A stretch of DNA of 63,925 nucleotides, the filler included, from Cercozoa sp. M6MM (Eukaryota > Protista > Endomyxa: Ascetosporea): the NCBI GenBank assembly GCA_040357565.1. It is 14 parts of 14 records of this genome, joined end to end, with 100 filler letters (N's around TTAATTAATTAA, not from the genome) between each part and the next. Parts side by side here need not be neighbours in the genome. Positions count along the whole stretch, not along the records: positions 1 to 4,327 come from JBDODJ010001170.1; positions 4,428 to 7,628 come from JBDODJ010001565.1; positions 7,729 to 11,407 come from JBDODJ010001356.1; positions 11,508 to 15,445 come from JBDODJ010001269.1; 10 more parts are not named here. The stretch is one strand, 5' to 3'. Under the pieces are notes generated by a model that was not told the DNA's origin, did not search any database, and saw only the letters and a program-made list of their open reading frames with translations. A program made the position numbers and the translations under genes. Positions 1 to 13,261 of the stretch are shown piece after piece (position 1 is the first letter of the stretch; each line of letters opens with the position of its first letter).

Positions 1-65
1 TTTTTGCAAGCCCGCGTTTTTGAGGCATGCAACGTGCAAACTGGGTGATATGGTGCTATGTGAGT

Positions 66-2434
66 AGTCACGGCCGCCCTGTTGCCGATGACAACGTGAG
101 ATACTTTTTGCGTGATCAGTGACGTGCATGTCGTGGATTTTTGTTGTTGCAGAGTTTTCTTGTGTTTCCCTTGATTTTATGGCTTGACTGACTTGTGCAG
201 TCGTCGCTGACCATCGGTCCGGAGGGTCCGATTCTGCTGCAAGACGTGCAGCTCGTGAGCAAGCTTGCTCACTTCGACCGTGAGCGCATCCCGGAGCGTG
301 TTGGTGCGTTGGAGTTTTTCGCACTTGCTGGTGGGCGTTGTCTGTTAGCTTTAACTCATGTGTGGGCTTTTGTCTAGTGCATGCCAAGGGCGCCGGTGCG
401 CATGGCTACTTTGAGGTGACGCACGATGTCACGCGCTTCTGCAAGGCCAAGTTCCTGTCGCGAGTCGGCAAGCGCACGCCGGTGTTTGTGCGATTCTCGA
501 CGGTCGGTGGTGAGAAGGGCAGCGCCGACACAGCGCGCGACCCGCGCGGCTTTGCCATCAAGCACTACACGGAGGAGGGCATCTGGGACATGACGGGCAA
601 CAACACGCCAGTGTTCTTCATCCGCGACCCGACCAAGTTCCCGGACTTTATCCACACGCAGAAGCGCAACGCACAGACCAACTGTGCCGATCCGGAGGCC
701 TTCTGGGACTTCCTGACGCTCACGCAGGAGTCGGCGCACCAGGTCATGATCCTCATGTCGGACCGCGGCGTTCCTGATGGTACAGCGATGATTGTGTGCT
801 GTGTTCACATGTTGAATTTTGAGGTTGAATTTTGAGATGATGTGCAGGCTACCGCCACATGAACGGCTACTCGTCGCACACGTTCAAGATTGTTAACGCG
901 CAGAACGAGGCCTTCTACGTTAAGTTCCACTACAAGGTATACCACTCTTAAACTTCTTGAGGTATACTTGATGCCATACCGTTGCTGCAGACGGACCAGG
1001 GCATCAAGTGCCTCGATGCCGCCGAGGCGCAGCGTCTCGCCGGTGCCGACCCGGACTACGCGACGCGCGACCTGTTCGACGCCATCCAGGTAGAGTTTTG
1101 CTCTTACTTTGTCTTACTTTGTCTTACTGTCTTATGTGCTATGTGTTATGCCCTATGCGTTATGCCCTATATGGTATGTGTGTTGGTGTGCTTGAATAGC
1201 GCGGCGAGGCTCCGTCCTGGACGGCCTACATGCAGATCATGCCGGTGGCTGACGCGGCGCGCTACCGCTTCAACGTGTTCGACGTCACCAAGGTGTGGTC
1301 ACACAAGGACTACCCGCTCGTGCCGTTCGGCAAGCTCGTGCTCAACCGCAACCCGAAGAACTACTTTGCCGAAGTCGAGCAGTCGGCCTTCTCGCCTGGC
1401 CACCTGGTGCCTGGTACATTGTCTTCAGATATACCTTGTTTGAATTGAGACGAGGTGTGTCTGCAGGTGTCGAGATCAGCTTCGATCGCATGCTGCAGGC
1501 GCGTGTGGTACCCCCCCCTTACTGTTGCATACGTGTGTTTATTGTGTATGGTTTGTTCTGTATGGTCTGTTCTGTCTGGCGAGTGTAGTTCAGTTACCCG
1601 GACACGCACCGTCACCGTCTCGGGTATACTTATGTCTCTTGCTTGATATGATGTCGTGTGTGATTGATGTGTTTGGTGATGCAGACCGAACTACATGCAG
1701 CTCCCGGTGAACTGTCCCTACGCTTCGCCGCTCGGCATGTACGAGCGCGACTCGTACATGGCCTCGCAGGGCAATGGCGGTACCGTCCTTTCTTGCTCTT
1801 TTGTCTATTGCAAACAGACAATCCTTTGTGCAGGCAGCGGTCCGAACTACTACCCGAACTCGGACCCGACGGCGCCCAAGCCGGACCCGACCGCTGCCGT
1901 AATCTTTTTTTTTTGTGTTCTTTGCTTTGCCTTTGCTGGGGGAAAGAGAGAAAGAGAGAGAGAGAGAGACGATGATGAAACGATCATTCTTAATCCGAGC
2001 ACATGCGGGGGACAGCACATACGTGTGTCTGTCCCTTTCACCAAGCTAATCATAGCGTGTGCGAATGAGTGACAACAGGGACCAACTGAGTCTCTCTCCT
2101 CTCCTCTTACTCTCATGCACGAGTACATGAGCCAAAGCGGCCATAACCTGAATAATGTGTGTTCGAGCAGGAGCACGGCCTGACGGTGCAAGGCAGAATC
2201 GGCCGCTACGCGCGTCCGGCCGCCGACATTGACTTTGTGCAGCCGCGTGCGCTGTACAACGACGTGATGTCACCGGAGCAGCGCAACGTGCTTGTTGGTA
2301 ACATTGTCGGCAACGCCAAGAACGCGTCGCCCGCCATGCAGGAGCGTGTCGTCGCCTACTTCACGCGCATCGACCGCCAGCTCGGCCAGCGCGTGCAGGA
2401 CGGCCTGCGCCGCTCGCGCCAGTCGCGCATGTAA
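66..2434 (+). CDS. CAT: Monofunctional haem catalase, peroxisomal (10 GT-AG introns; true start uncertain)
   Basis: Spliced translation gives [51 protein letters not shown] and [14 protein letters not shown] (proximal Tyr). It ends SRM*, a PTS1-like signal. Confidence 0.97.
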
Positions 2435-2729
2435 GCGGCGTCTCTTTGCACTTCCGGACCATTGACATGAGCTCCGGCCGCACTCTTCGCTTCACAAACC
2501 GCGGCCGCGCGTAGAAGTGCTTTGGAAGTGCTTCGCATGTGTCTCAGTAAATTTAATTAGGGAACTCGAATTTTAATCGGCAGACCAAAAAGATCGTAGG
2601 TCGGCAACGTATTACGCAGATCGCTCGAAGCTCCGGTTGCTGTATCGTAATCGGCCGGGAAATTCAATCGGAGAGGATCCGCCTGTTTGTGACATAACTC
2701 AGGACTGAAACGAATTAGCAAGTATTCAG

Positions 2730-3288
2730 TCAGTTCTCGACTTCCATGCGACCTGGGTCGCGTGAATCGCCGGTGCCGCTGCCGGTGATGAAGTCGCTGT
2801 CCGAATGCTCGCCGTGGGAAGCGTCCAAATCGACGACGAGAGGCTCGTCTTTGAAGACGACCTGTCCATGACATGACGCGGTCATGTTATTTCTCGACAC
2901 AGACGAACAAAAGAGAACTAGAACGCACGTAGGTGGCCCATTCGTTCTTGAGCTGCTCATCCTGCAGCGTTAACGTCTCAACCGACGGGTCGATCTGGCA
3001 GCTACCAGAAAAAGAATAAGGGGGGGCGAACGCCCCCCTGGCGCGGCGGGGGGGGGGGGGGGTACAGTTCGTGATAAGTGTCGCGCACGAGACTCGGTTG
3101 CTTCATGCGCTGGCCGAGAATTCGTCTGAACAAAGAAAAATGTTATTTTTAACCCTATCTCAGAAAGAACAACATACAGCTTGCTGATGGCCCGTGCCAC
3201 GAACTTTGCCTGTCTACACCGCGTGGCCGACACGATGATCTCAAGAATCCGCCGTTTTGCCGCATCGCTAAGGTGTAAAGCGTGGAAT

Positions 3289-3336
<48 letters not shown>

Positions 3337-3346
3337 NNNNNNNNNN

Positions 3347-3395
<49 letters not shown>

Positions 3396-4270
3396 CAGAG
3401 CAGAAGTACAAGTGCGTGCTTTTGTTCTTTCTGTCGTTGAAGGCCCTAGCACAAGAAGAAAACTTGAAGTAAAATCAATAGCTTTGGAAATGCAGTTTGT
3501 GATTGCTGCAATCAACGCACATTTCGGTCTTGATCTGGACAAACTGCAAGTCGTGGAGTAGCTAAAACGACACACAGACAACCACATCAGTCAATACACA
3601 AAGATCAGTCAGAGAAAGCAAAACTAGGAATACAAAGAAAAAGCAAGGCACCACATAGTAAGCAGGCAGGTTCTCGCGATCGCCGCGATCGTTGATCTCG
3701 CTTAAAGCAGTGTGCAACACTGCCACAAAGTAAGGGTTTTGATTTTGTTTTCGTATTTACAAAGGCAGAAATGTGGGCAAGAAACGCTGCATGTGACTTC
3801 GTCTTGACTCGTCGGCCGAGAACTCATCGAACTGCTCGTCGTAGTTAACGCCTGTTCAGTCAGACCCAATCTATTGAACAAACAAACACGCTCATTTGCA
3901 GAAAAACCCACTATAGCACAGATTCTCAGCTTCGAGCAGACCGATTTGCTGTTGCAGAAAGAAAGAATACGAGAGAAAAAAGAAAGAACAAGAGAAGAAG
4001 AAAGAAAGAAAGATTATGGGAAGAAGGAAACTTACCACGACAATTAGTGGCCAGTGCGCCTTCTCCATAACCATGATGGAAGCTGCTTGACGCAGACTGC
4101 AACGGACATCAGACACAGTTCAAACCAGCCTCCCATGCTTAACTGAAGAATTAAAATGAAACTGAACAAAACAGTACCACTGATTCACAGCCTCGGTGAC
4201 TTGCCGAATTCGCGTGCGCAGAATGGCACGAGCTTCCGCCAGAAGCGCCAGACATTCATAGTAACTTGAG
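2730..4270 (-). CDS. Hypothetical multi-exon gene or pseudogene, 5' truncated
   Basis: Exon-like segments with GT/AG ends on the minus strand; last exon ...KDEPLVVDLDASHGEHSDSDF...EVEN*. Frames could not be joined cleanly. Confidence 0.3.
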
Positions 4271-4276
4271 TGCTAA

Positions 4277-4327
<51 letters not shown>

Positions 4328-4427
4328 NNNNNNNNNNNNNNNNNNNNNNNNNNNNNNNNNNNNNNNNNNNNTTAATTAATTAANNNNNNNNNNNNNNNNN
4401 NNNNNNNNNNNNNNNNNNNNNNNNNNN
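4328..4427. other. Artificial contig linker N-TTAATTAATTAA-N (also at 7673, 11452, 15490, 21141, 34876, 38673, 40379, 49954, 53650, 58230, 60619, 62594)
   Basis: Identical six-frame-stop 12-mer inside N runs; genes are truncated on either side. Confidence 0.99.
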
Positions 4428-4469
4428 CACCAAATCCCGCCAGCGTTAACACACAACACATACCGAAGT

Positions 4470-5168
4470 AAGGATCACCAGAGGACCCCCCCCCCCCAGT
4501 TACCCCCTAGAGCAAGCGTACTGCGCAGAGGTTCGACACGTCGAATGTGTGCCACGAGGAGCCGCCGCAATTTGCGTCCGCCGGCAGCGGCGTCGTCCTG
4601 CTTGCTGTGTTAGTGTCTTCTGTTCTTGTTGTTTTTGGAGGGCACTAACAACAACGAGAACGTACCGGCGGAGCAGGCGTTTCTTGGAGGGTCGGCGCGG
4701 CGCCCAGCACAACTCGGCACAGCGCGCGTCGCAGAACACGAAACGCTCGTGCGCACGCGTCCATTCACTCTGGGAGGGGGGTAAGGGTAAACGGAGGGGT
4801 AAAGGGGTAAATGGAGGGTCTAGGCAAAGGGGGGTGGATATAAAGGGGTGGAGGTACCTCACTTTCGCCTTTGCCGTCGCCGATGAGTTTGTGGCACGTG
4901 ACACCGGTCTGCAGCACCTCACGCCAGCGTTTCTACACAACACATACCGATACAAGGATCGCCACAAGAGCATACACACACACCTGCTGCGCCTCTCTCT
5001 GTGCACGTAGCTGCTCCACCTCTTGCGTCGTGTACCGGCGCTGGCCCTGTGCAAAGCAGCACTCTCACATCAGCCACGGCACAATCGAAATTCACGTGAG
5101 TGCGAAGAGCATGATCAAACCGGCTCGACGACAGCCTCCTTGCGCTGGAAGCGATCGAAGAAGCCCAT
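4470..5168 (-). CDS. PH-domain-like protein, 3' truncated by contig end
   Basis: Spliced MGFFDRFQRKEAVVEP..KRWREVLQTGVTCHKLIG..RAHERFVFCDARCAELCWAP resembles the N-terminal strands of a PLC-type PH domain. Confidence 0.5.
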
Positions 5169-5417
5169 GGTGCACTGCAGAGCCTGCGCACGCACACACT
5201 GCGTCCCACCGCTTTGAACACTTGCTGCTGCACTGCAGTATTTTTGCCTTTCCGATGCCTCGTATTTAAGGCTGCACCTTCAACGTGCGAAACTGACTTT
5301 TCTCGCCTTTCTATTGCAGTCGAGTGCTCGCACTACGGTACCTGTGCTATTTCCAGCTGATCGTGGCAATCAAAGCAAGCATACAATGATCGATAAAAAA
5401 AGACAGGTTGTTGAGAG

Positions 5418-7610
5418 TTAGTGCACAACGCCGCGTCCAAAGTACTCGGCGACGACCTCGAAACCGTCAGCAGCGGCGCCGAGCTGCTTGAAGAAGAGGT
5501 CATGGTCGCTCTGCTTGTTGTGCCGCATGTTGTGCTTCATGTTGCGAACCTTGTTCTTCTCTGGCGCGCACTTGGGACACTCGCGGTCCGACGCCTGTGT
5601 CCACACGGATGTTTAAGGCTGTGATTAGGTGGTACTTAAGGGGGTAGAGAGGTACAGCATGTGCGTCGAGACAGTGCGCGTGGAAGGAGTGCATGCACAA
5701 GAAGTGCACGGCCGGCAGTTCAAGTGCCGTGCTGCACTGATCGCACTTGGTCGACTGGAAGGTCACGGCGCCCGAGCTCAACTGGGGGGGGGGGGTAAAG
5801 GGGGTAAAGGGGGTAAAGGGGGGTAAAGGGGTGGGGGCTAAACTCCCAGGATACCTGTTGACACTGCTTGCGCATCCGCGCGGCGTCGGCGCGATACGAC
5901 GCGATCTCGCGCGTGTCTGCCGCGATACTCTGTTCCTGTGGGGGAAGGGGTAGGGGGTTAAGGGAGGTTAAAGGGGGTAGGTACCTGGGCCCGAATGGCG
6001 CGCATGAGCACGGGTTTGGCGGCACCGAGAGGAACACGTGCGTCGCGTGACAGTGCACTCACCAACATCAGCGGCGGCAACAGTCCGTGCTCCTCGATCT
6101 TACGCAACTGGGGAAGGGGGGTAAGGACATAAAGCGGGGCCAGTAGGGAGGTAAGGAGTAAGGGTTAAGGACAGAGGGGGGGGGGGAAGNNNNNNNNNNN
6201 NNNNNNNNNNNNNNNNNNNNNNNNNNNNNNNNNNNNNNNNNNNNNNNNNNNNNNNNNNNNNNNNNNNNNNNNNNNNNNNNNNNNNNNNNGGGGGGGGGGG
6301 GTAAGGGAAGGGGTAAGGGTAAAGGCAAAGCGGGAGGGGGATAAACCTCGTCGTGCAAGATGCAATGCAGCGCCTGCAGCCACACCGACGCGTCATGCGA
6401 GTCGTATCTATACCCAGAGGGTAGGGGGTCAAGGGGGCAGGGGGTCAAGGGGGCAGGGGGTCAAGGGGGCAGGGGGTCAAGGGGGGCAGGGGGGTATAAC
6501 AAGCCACACACCTCGCACAGGCGTCCAACACATCCTGCAGTCGCACCGTGTCCGCGCGGACGCCTTCGCACAAAAACGCCACGATCTCCGCGTAGTGACC
6601 TCGTCTGCACATTTACCTCCTCCATTATACCCACTATCTTACCTCATCTTATCCCTTTAACCCCCCCCCCCGAAGAAAGAGGTGCATACTGCTCGAGGAG
6701 GAGAGTGGCGCCGTCGTGGAACTCGTACTGTCGACACAGCGCCAGTGCGCGGTCGCTCGGCTCGCTTAGTCTGGGGGGGGGGGGGGGGGGGGGACAGGGG
6801 GGGCAGGGGGGTATAACAAGCCACACACCTCGCACAGGCGTCCANNNNNNNNNNNNNNNNNNNNNNNNNNNNNNNNNNNNNNNNNNNNNNNNNNNNNNNN
6901 NNNNNNNNNNNNNNNNNNNNNNNNNNNNNNNNNNNNNNNNNNNNGGGGGTAAAGAGAGGGGTAAAGAGGGGGGTAAAGAGGGGGGTAAAACACACCGCGT
7001 CAGCATGTCGAGCGCAAGTTCGCGTCGCTCTTTTTTCTCGGTCTCATCGGCACTGGCTACATCCGTCCGAACACGAGTCCATTTGTACACACACACACCA
7101 CCCATGGACAGGTCCGTTTGGACAGGTCCATTTAAAGGGACGAAAAAAAAAACTACCGTCCGGCTGCAGGTAGAGCTCCAGCAGTGTGTCGCTCACCGAC
7201 TCGTCTGCGCATTTTACCCCCCTCTTTACCCCCCTCGTTACCCCCCTTGCTACCCCGTCACCTCCTTACCAGTGCCAAGCAGCGAGGCCAAGAAGGTGCG
7301 AAAGTAATCCAGTAGGTCCTGTACAAACCGGGATACACAGGTACAGTTAGTACAACTGGTACAACGCAGCCTTAAGTAAAAGAGAAACGCACCTCGACAT
7401 GCTCTTTTTCCGTGACGAAAATGTGACAAAATTCGCTCGGGGCCGCTGTCTCCTTCAGCTCCTGTCCGCGGGGAAGGGTCAGGGGGTAAGGGGTTAGGGG
7501 CAGGGGGTCAGGAGGTAGGGGATAAGGGGTAAAGAGGGGGTGAGAGGGGGGTAAACCTTGAGACGCGCCTCGGCAATGCGTTCTTCGCTCTTCTGTCCCG
7601 TACTCGTCAC
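5418..7610 (-). CDS. VPS11: Vacuolar protein sorting 11 (HOPS/CORVET), C-terminal part
   Basis: DTLLELYL, DRALALCRQYEFHDG and LLPPLMLV, then the RING FQSTKCDQCSTALELPAVHFLCMHSFHAHCL..ECPKC and C-terminus FFKQL..GFEVVAEYFGRG. Confidence 0.92.
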
Positions 7611-7744
7611 CTACGGGGGGGGGGGGGGNNNNNNNNNNNNNNNNNNNNNNNNNNNNNNNNNNNNNNNNNNNNTTAATTAATTAANNNNNNNNNNNNNNNN
7701 NNNNNNNNNNNNNNNNNNNNNNNNNNNNGGGGGGGGGTAAACTA

Positions 7745-9480
7745 CCTCTCACGCCAGTACGGCGCTGTGGCAGCCAGAGGCTCAATACCCGAAGGTGCCT
7801 AAGGGGGGGTATAAGGGGGTACATAGGGGGTACACAGGGGGGTAAAACGGGGGACAAACCACAACAACGCGCCGACTGCCAGGTGCGGCCGGATGCGCGT
7901 TCTGCTGCTCGACCGGAGGACACGCCCACAAAAACACCATGTCCATGGCAGTCACCGCAGTCGTCTGCAGTCCTGCTGCCGGCTCAGGCCTGGCTTCCGG
8001 CTCAGTGATCACCCGACCGATCACACTCGAGTCGCTCTTGCCTGAGCCTGTTTCGACACTGCCACCGCCATTATCGGTCACCGCTAGCGCCACACGCGCC
8101 TTTAGCTTCGCCAATTCCTCTGCAATTCAACATAAATCTCAAGGACAGATTCTTTAAGATATCCGTCTGGACCGGACCCAAATCTGGACCGAACTTGGGA
8201 CCGAAACTGAACCGAAACTGAACTGAGAAGAGCTTTAAACACGAAGTTACCCTCTTTTTGGCGCACCTTTTCCTTGAGACTGGCCAACTGAGTGTGAGAC
8301 GGTGGCAGCACTACCTCTGGGATCTCGCAAACCTGAGTCCACACAAAAAAAATGAGTTAAGGGGGCGTAGCAAGGGAACTGAATGCGGTTGAGAGCGATC
8401 AAAACCTGCAGCCAGGCCGCGGCGGCGCGCGGTGTCACAGCCACGCCACTGTCTGCCAAAAAATAAAAAAGTCGGCAGAATACCAAAAACCCAAAACCGA
8501 AATATCTGAGTCAACTGAAAGTCAGACAGTGTGTGCATGCGTGAGTGAATGCAAGTGTGTGTGTGTGTGTGTTGTGTGTGATACGAGGTGCGGCGAACAC
8601 GGACGGTGACGGTGGCACAGGCGGATCATCCGGACTGACGGGACTGGACCGATTGATCACAACGTCGGCGGTTTGATCGTCGTCGGTTCCAACACCGTCA
8701 TGCTCGTGATCGCTGGTGTCAATGTCACCGTCATCGCTGCTGCTGTCGCTGCTGCTGCTGAGATCGATCGGCAGCAAACCGTCGCTGCTGCTGTCGGCAC
8801 CGTCGCTCTCGGCGGCGGCGTCCTCGTCGAGCGACACGTGCACCAGCACCACGTGCGCACCGTCGCCGGCCGTGTCGTACTCGTCGCTGAGTCGCCACGT
8901 GCGATCACCTGCAACCAGATCACAAACCGTCCGATCAAAACCGTTCGATCAAACCGTCAAATTTAAAACCAGTCCGATCAAACCGTCCGATCAAAAGCGT
9001 CAATCACCAAAACCGTCAGTCACTTAAATTCTCACCACAGGGCAGAAAGTACCCTCATGTCGCACGAAGGCGCAAACGGCGCCGCCGAACGGCAGCAGCG
9101 TCTGCAGCGGCGCCACCGTGCCCGGCAGCACCTGTACGGGGTTAAACAAGGGGGGGGGGGTAAAACGGGGGGGGGGTAAAAAAGGGGGCAACAGCAACAA
9201 CTGGGAAACAAAGTACCTCTTGCTCCCGCCAAAGCCCGGTGTGCTGCTCATGCGGCGTCGGCGCACGCATCGCAGTGTCGACACGCCGCGTGACGCGCTG
9301 CCAGCGCAGCACCATGTGGCTCTGTCACCACAAAATAAAGAACACCAAGCAAAAAGATAATTTCTCAGATCGCGAGTTCTACTTCACGTGCTAGGTGGCC
9401 AAGACACTAAATGTGAATCCAGCACACGTGCACTCTGATTGTACGTGCTCAGCGAGCACGAAACACCAGGCCGGGACGCG
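7745..9480 (-). CDS. Hypothetical protein with Asp/Ser-rich tract, 3' truncated
   Basis: Series of in-frame exons with GT-AG ends (SHMVLRWQRV.., VLPGTVAPLQ.., DSSSD-rich exon, VCEIPEVV..). No family recognised; start uncertain. Confidence 0.5.
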
Positions 9481-9598
9481 CTGAAAAATAAAGTTTTGCT
9501 CCGGTCGCTTGCCAGTAATCCCAGTGTGCCCTGGTGTGTGTGTTCATTGTTACGACAATATTGGAAGGCGTGAAGGAGCGTGAGACACACAAATCAAG

Positions 9599-10213
9599 AT
9601 GGTACACAGGATTGATTTCGACTTGGGGCTGGAATGATCGTGGTGTTGACTGCTTGTACAACTTGGACTCCCTGTGTATGGCCAGGCCAAGCACAACCCG
9701 GACTTGATGATGTGCCGCAAGCAGCCTGGTACGGCGGTGGGTCGTCTCTGCGCGCGCTGTGATGGTACAATTTTACGGTGATCGCGGGGACTGTTTAGGG
9801 CGCTCATTTTATAAAGGGGGGGTTAAGGGGACTTATAGGGAGTTTAGGGGGCTTTAGGGGGTTAGGGGGCTTAAAGGGGTACACACGTCTGTCATTGCAG
9901 GCAAGTGCGTGATCTGCGACTCGTACGTGCGGCCGTACCAGCAGGTGCGAATCTGCGAGGAGTGCAACTTCGGCAACTTTGAGGGCCGCTGCATTATCTG
10001 CGGCGGCACGGGCGAGTCGGGTACCCCCGTTGTACCCTTCGTTTTTACCCCCCTTTTTACCCCCCCCCCCCTGCAGATGCGTACTACTGCTACGAATGCG
10101 TGCTGCTCGAGAAGGACCGCGACGGCTGTCCACGCATCGTGAATCTTGGCACGTCGCGCAAGGACCACTTCTACAATCAGAAAAAGTACCGCGCCACGGC
10201 GCCGCCCAGTTAA
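9599..10213 (+). CDS. PHF5A: SF3b subunit PHF5A/Rds3 (3 introns)
   Basis: M|[79 protein letters not shown]; stop TAA. Confidence 0.97.
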
Positions 10214-10696
10214 TGCTACTCGCCGCCTATGCTTGCCTATTCTTGCCTATGATTCCGATTCAGCATTAGAGGGCGTTTTAATAGCGCCAACGTTAACTCA
10301 TACGGTACTTTGCCACTGATAAACTTACAAAAAAAACTAGGGACGCAAGAAAATGGAGAGAGAGTGGCCAAGTGTCAGTTTGAATACTGTCGATCATGTT
10401 CCAACGATTTAGCTGGTTAGTATACCTACGTACCCTCTACCCCAAGTGCTCACTTTACCCCAAATACCCCACACCAAGTAGACCCTTTACCCCAGTACTC
10501 CCTTTGCCCAAGTACTCCCTTTGCCCATGTACTTCCTTTGCTACCTTTCCCTATGTAGTTCCTTTGCCCATGCAAACCCAGTTAGTGCTAGGGCAGCAGT
10601 CGTTGACTCGACTGTTGGGCTGACCAAACTAACTCAGAGTTTCAGAGTGCAACGCTCGGTCTGAGAGAAACTAAGTTAACATCGCCTGCACGCTAG

Positions 10697-11282
10697 CTAG
10701 GTCAGCAGGTCGTCGGTCATGATGTCAGTGTCGCTCATGACGGACGCAGACCGAGTGCCCGGAGGGACCGAGTGCGCGTGCTCCGGCTGTTGTTGTTGTT
10801 GTTGTTTTTCTTGTTGTTTTTCTTGTTGTTGTTTTTCTTGTTGCTTTTCTTGTTGTTGTTTTTCTAGTTGTTGTTTTTGTAGTTTCTCCGATTGTTGTTT
10901 CTCTTCGTCCTCTTCGTCCAGGTAGCACACCACCTGCCGTGCGCCTGGCTCTACCGACAGGGGGGGGGGGGGTAAACAGGAGGGGGGGTAAACAGGGGGT
11001 AAAAGGGAGGTAAGTAAGGAGGTATACCTCTCATGTCGAGCCAGCGCGGATCGCCACCCACTGATGCGACTAGCCTCCTGCACGGGGGGTAAGGGGGGGA
11101 GGGAAAGAGGGGGTAAAGAGGGGGGTACATTATAAACAACAACGCCACCGAGTGCCGCCAGCACTCCCAACTGAACACGGAGGGGGGGTAAAGAGGGGGG
11201 TAAACGGGGAGGAGTTATCTTACCATGGAACTGCCGGTGAGTGGGTTGCCAAAGTACATGGCACTCGACACGATGACCAACT
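10697..11282 (-). CDS. Triose-phosphate/nucleotide-sugar transporter (SLC35E-like), 3' fragment with Q/E/K-repeat tail
   Basis: LVIVSSAMYFGNPLTGSSM|LGVLAALGGVVVYN matches the last two TM helices of the TPT family; tail is (EKQQQ)n. Confidence 0.7.
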
Positions 11283-11507
11283 GCGCACAACACCCTTTTT
11301 TACCCCCTATCCCACCCCCTTTACCCCCCTTACCCCCTTACCCCCTTTACCCCTCCCACTTCCCAGCTTCACCGGCTCACCCTACCCCTTTATCCCACTT
11401 TACCCCCNNNNNNNNNNNNNNNNNNNNNNNNNNNNNNNNNNNNNNNNNNNNTTAATTAATTAANNNNNNNNNNNNNNNNNNNNNNNNNNNNNNNNNNNNN
11501 NNNNNNN

Positions 11508-11575
<68 letters not shown>

Positions 11576-11970
11576 GTGGACAAAAGAAACAAAAGAAGCT
11601 TACGACTGGGAGATCGCGTGGAAGCCTTGCCACCGAACGATAGTTTGTTCGGCGGGGAGTTCTCGCCTATGCTTATGCCTGCCGAAGAAGCTTCGGCAGA
11701 TTGTGACGACGACAGGCTCATTGGAAACAACATTGGCGGCAGATCTGATTCAATTGCCATGTCGCGCGAGACCTGCGTCCATGCGCTCTAAAACAGCTAC
11801 ACACGTGTCCCACAGATAAACGCCGGACTGTGAGGCCGTGAACGAGGCTCTGTGACTCGCGCCTTTTTGTGACACGAAAGACGTTTTTGAAAAATTAAGA
11901 CAGGCACTAGACGCCTAGTGACCTGCGCCTATGTGTGAGAGCGGAAGTGTATCGAGTTAAAGGCATTAGT

Positions 11971-12461
11971 ATGAATTGGGCCGCGTATCTCGCTAGACTG
12001 TACGCTGATAAATTTTGATCGTCTGCACATGTGGCGCTGATAAACTTGAGACATCATTGTCTGTGCAGTGACCAAGGAGCGGTTGAGTCAGGAGACGCGG
12101 TTCTTTCGACGCTTGCGCTGGCCGACTTTGATGCACCTGTCGCTCATGATGGTAGCGTCGTTTCTTCGTGGCACAACTGAGCTATGAAACGCCTGTGTGT
12201 CTGCAGTGCGCATCAAGTGCCTGTCGCACGCACTGTCATCAGTCGCGCTGGAGGGCGACAACTGGGCACGTGCCTACGTTACCTTGACGTTGTTTTCGCG
12301 GGTCGCTTTCCTCGAGGCCCTGTTGACTTCAGCGCGGAAGCTGCTCGGCAAGGAGGAGGCGGAGGAGCAGCACACGCGACGACCCATGTGCGCAGCCGAA
12401 ACTTTGTCGATGCGTGCCGACAAAGTCGCCGCGCTTTTGTACCTGCGACCTCTTTCCTATA

Positions 12462-12496
<35 letters not shown>

Positions 12497-12640
12497 GCTG
12501 TGGGTGGCTTGGCACATTATTTGACACTAACACACGCTGGACAGGAAGGACATGCCGTTCGATGCCTCCGGTGTGCAGCACTGCATTGACCCCGAAACTG
12601 CTCGGTTCTGGTCATCCAGGTAGCAGACCTTGTTGGTCAC

Positions 12641-12701
<61 letters not shown>

Positions 12702-13261
12702 ACAAAGCCTCAGAGGTGTCTCTACTCTGCAGACTAGTCTTTGTGCTGCGAGTGCTGCAGCAAGCCGAGGATGCGCACTGTCCTCTGCGACGCTGCTTTG
12801 GCGACCTTGAGCTCTCGCAGGAGGACCTCGCGGAAAACCTGTCGTCACTCAGCGTGCGTCTCCTCGCGGAGGAGAAAGATACCACTGCTGCCGCTGCTGC
12901 TGACAAGGCACTGCAGGGACAGGACCAGGAGGATCAGGAGGACGAAAACCGGGAAGACTTTGACGCCGCCAGCATGTTCACGATCGACACCGGCAAGAGC
13001 GGCAACGTCGAGGTCGACACTCTGGATGGTACCACCCACACTTACAGACACGCTTACATGTAGACACATCTCTGCCTCTGCCTTTGTAACAGACGAGAAG
13101 AGACAAGAGCTGGTCGACAATATTATCGCCTCCGACAGCGAGGACGAGATCGGTATATTCTCACTTCAGTTCCACTTAAACCTAGGAGGGGTGCCACGCC
13201 TTATCGTTGCCTCTCTTTGACAGACATGGTCGAGGCCGGCACCAAGCGGGCGCGCGAGTGA
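11971..13261 (+). CDS. Hypothetical protein with acidic C-terminus
   Basis: GT-AG exons join through ..VRIKCLSHAL.., ..LVFVLRVLQQ.., ..DEKRQELVD.. to DMVEAGTKRARE*. Confidence 0.55.

Noticed and set aside
4372-4383. TTAATTAATTAA recurring 13 times
   Set aside because: Always inside N runs; a synthetic six-frame-stop linker, not biology.
6490-6844. Duplicated ~35-bp segment (about 6492-6526 and 6810-6844); similar pair at about 27275-27321 and 27422-27468
   Set aside because: Copies abut N gaps, so most likely scaffolding or misassembly overlap.
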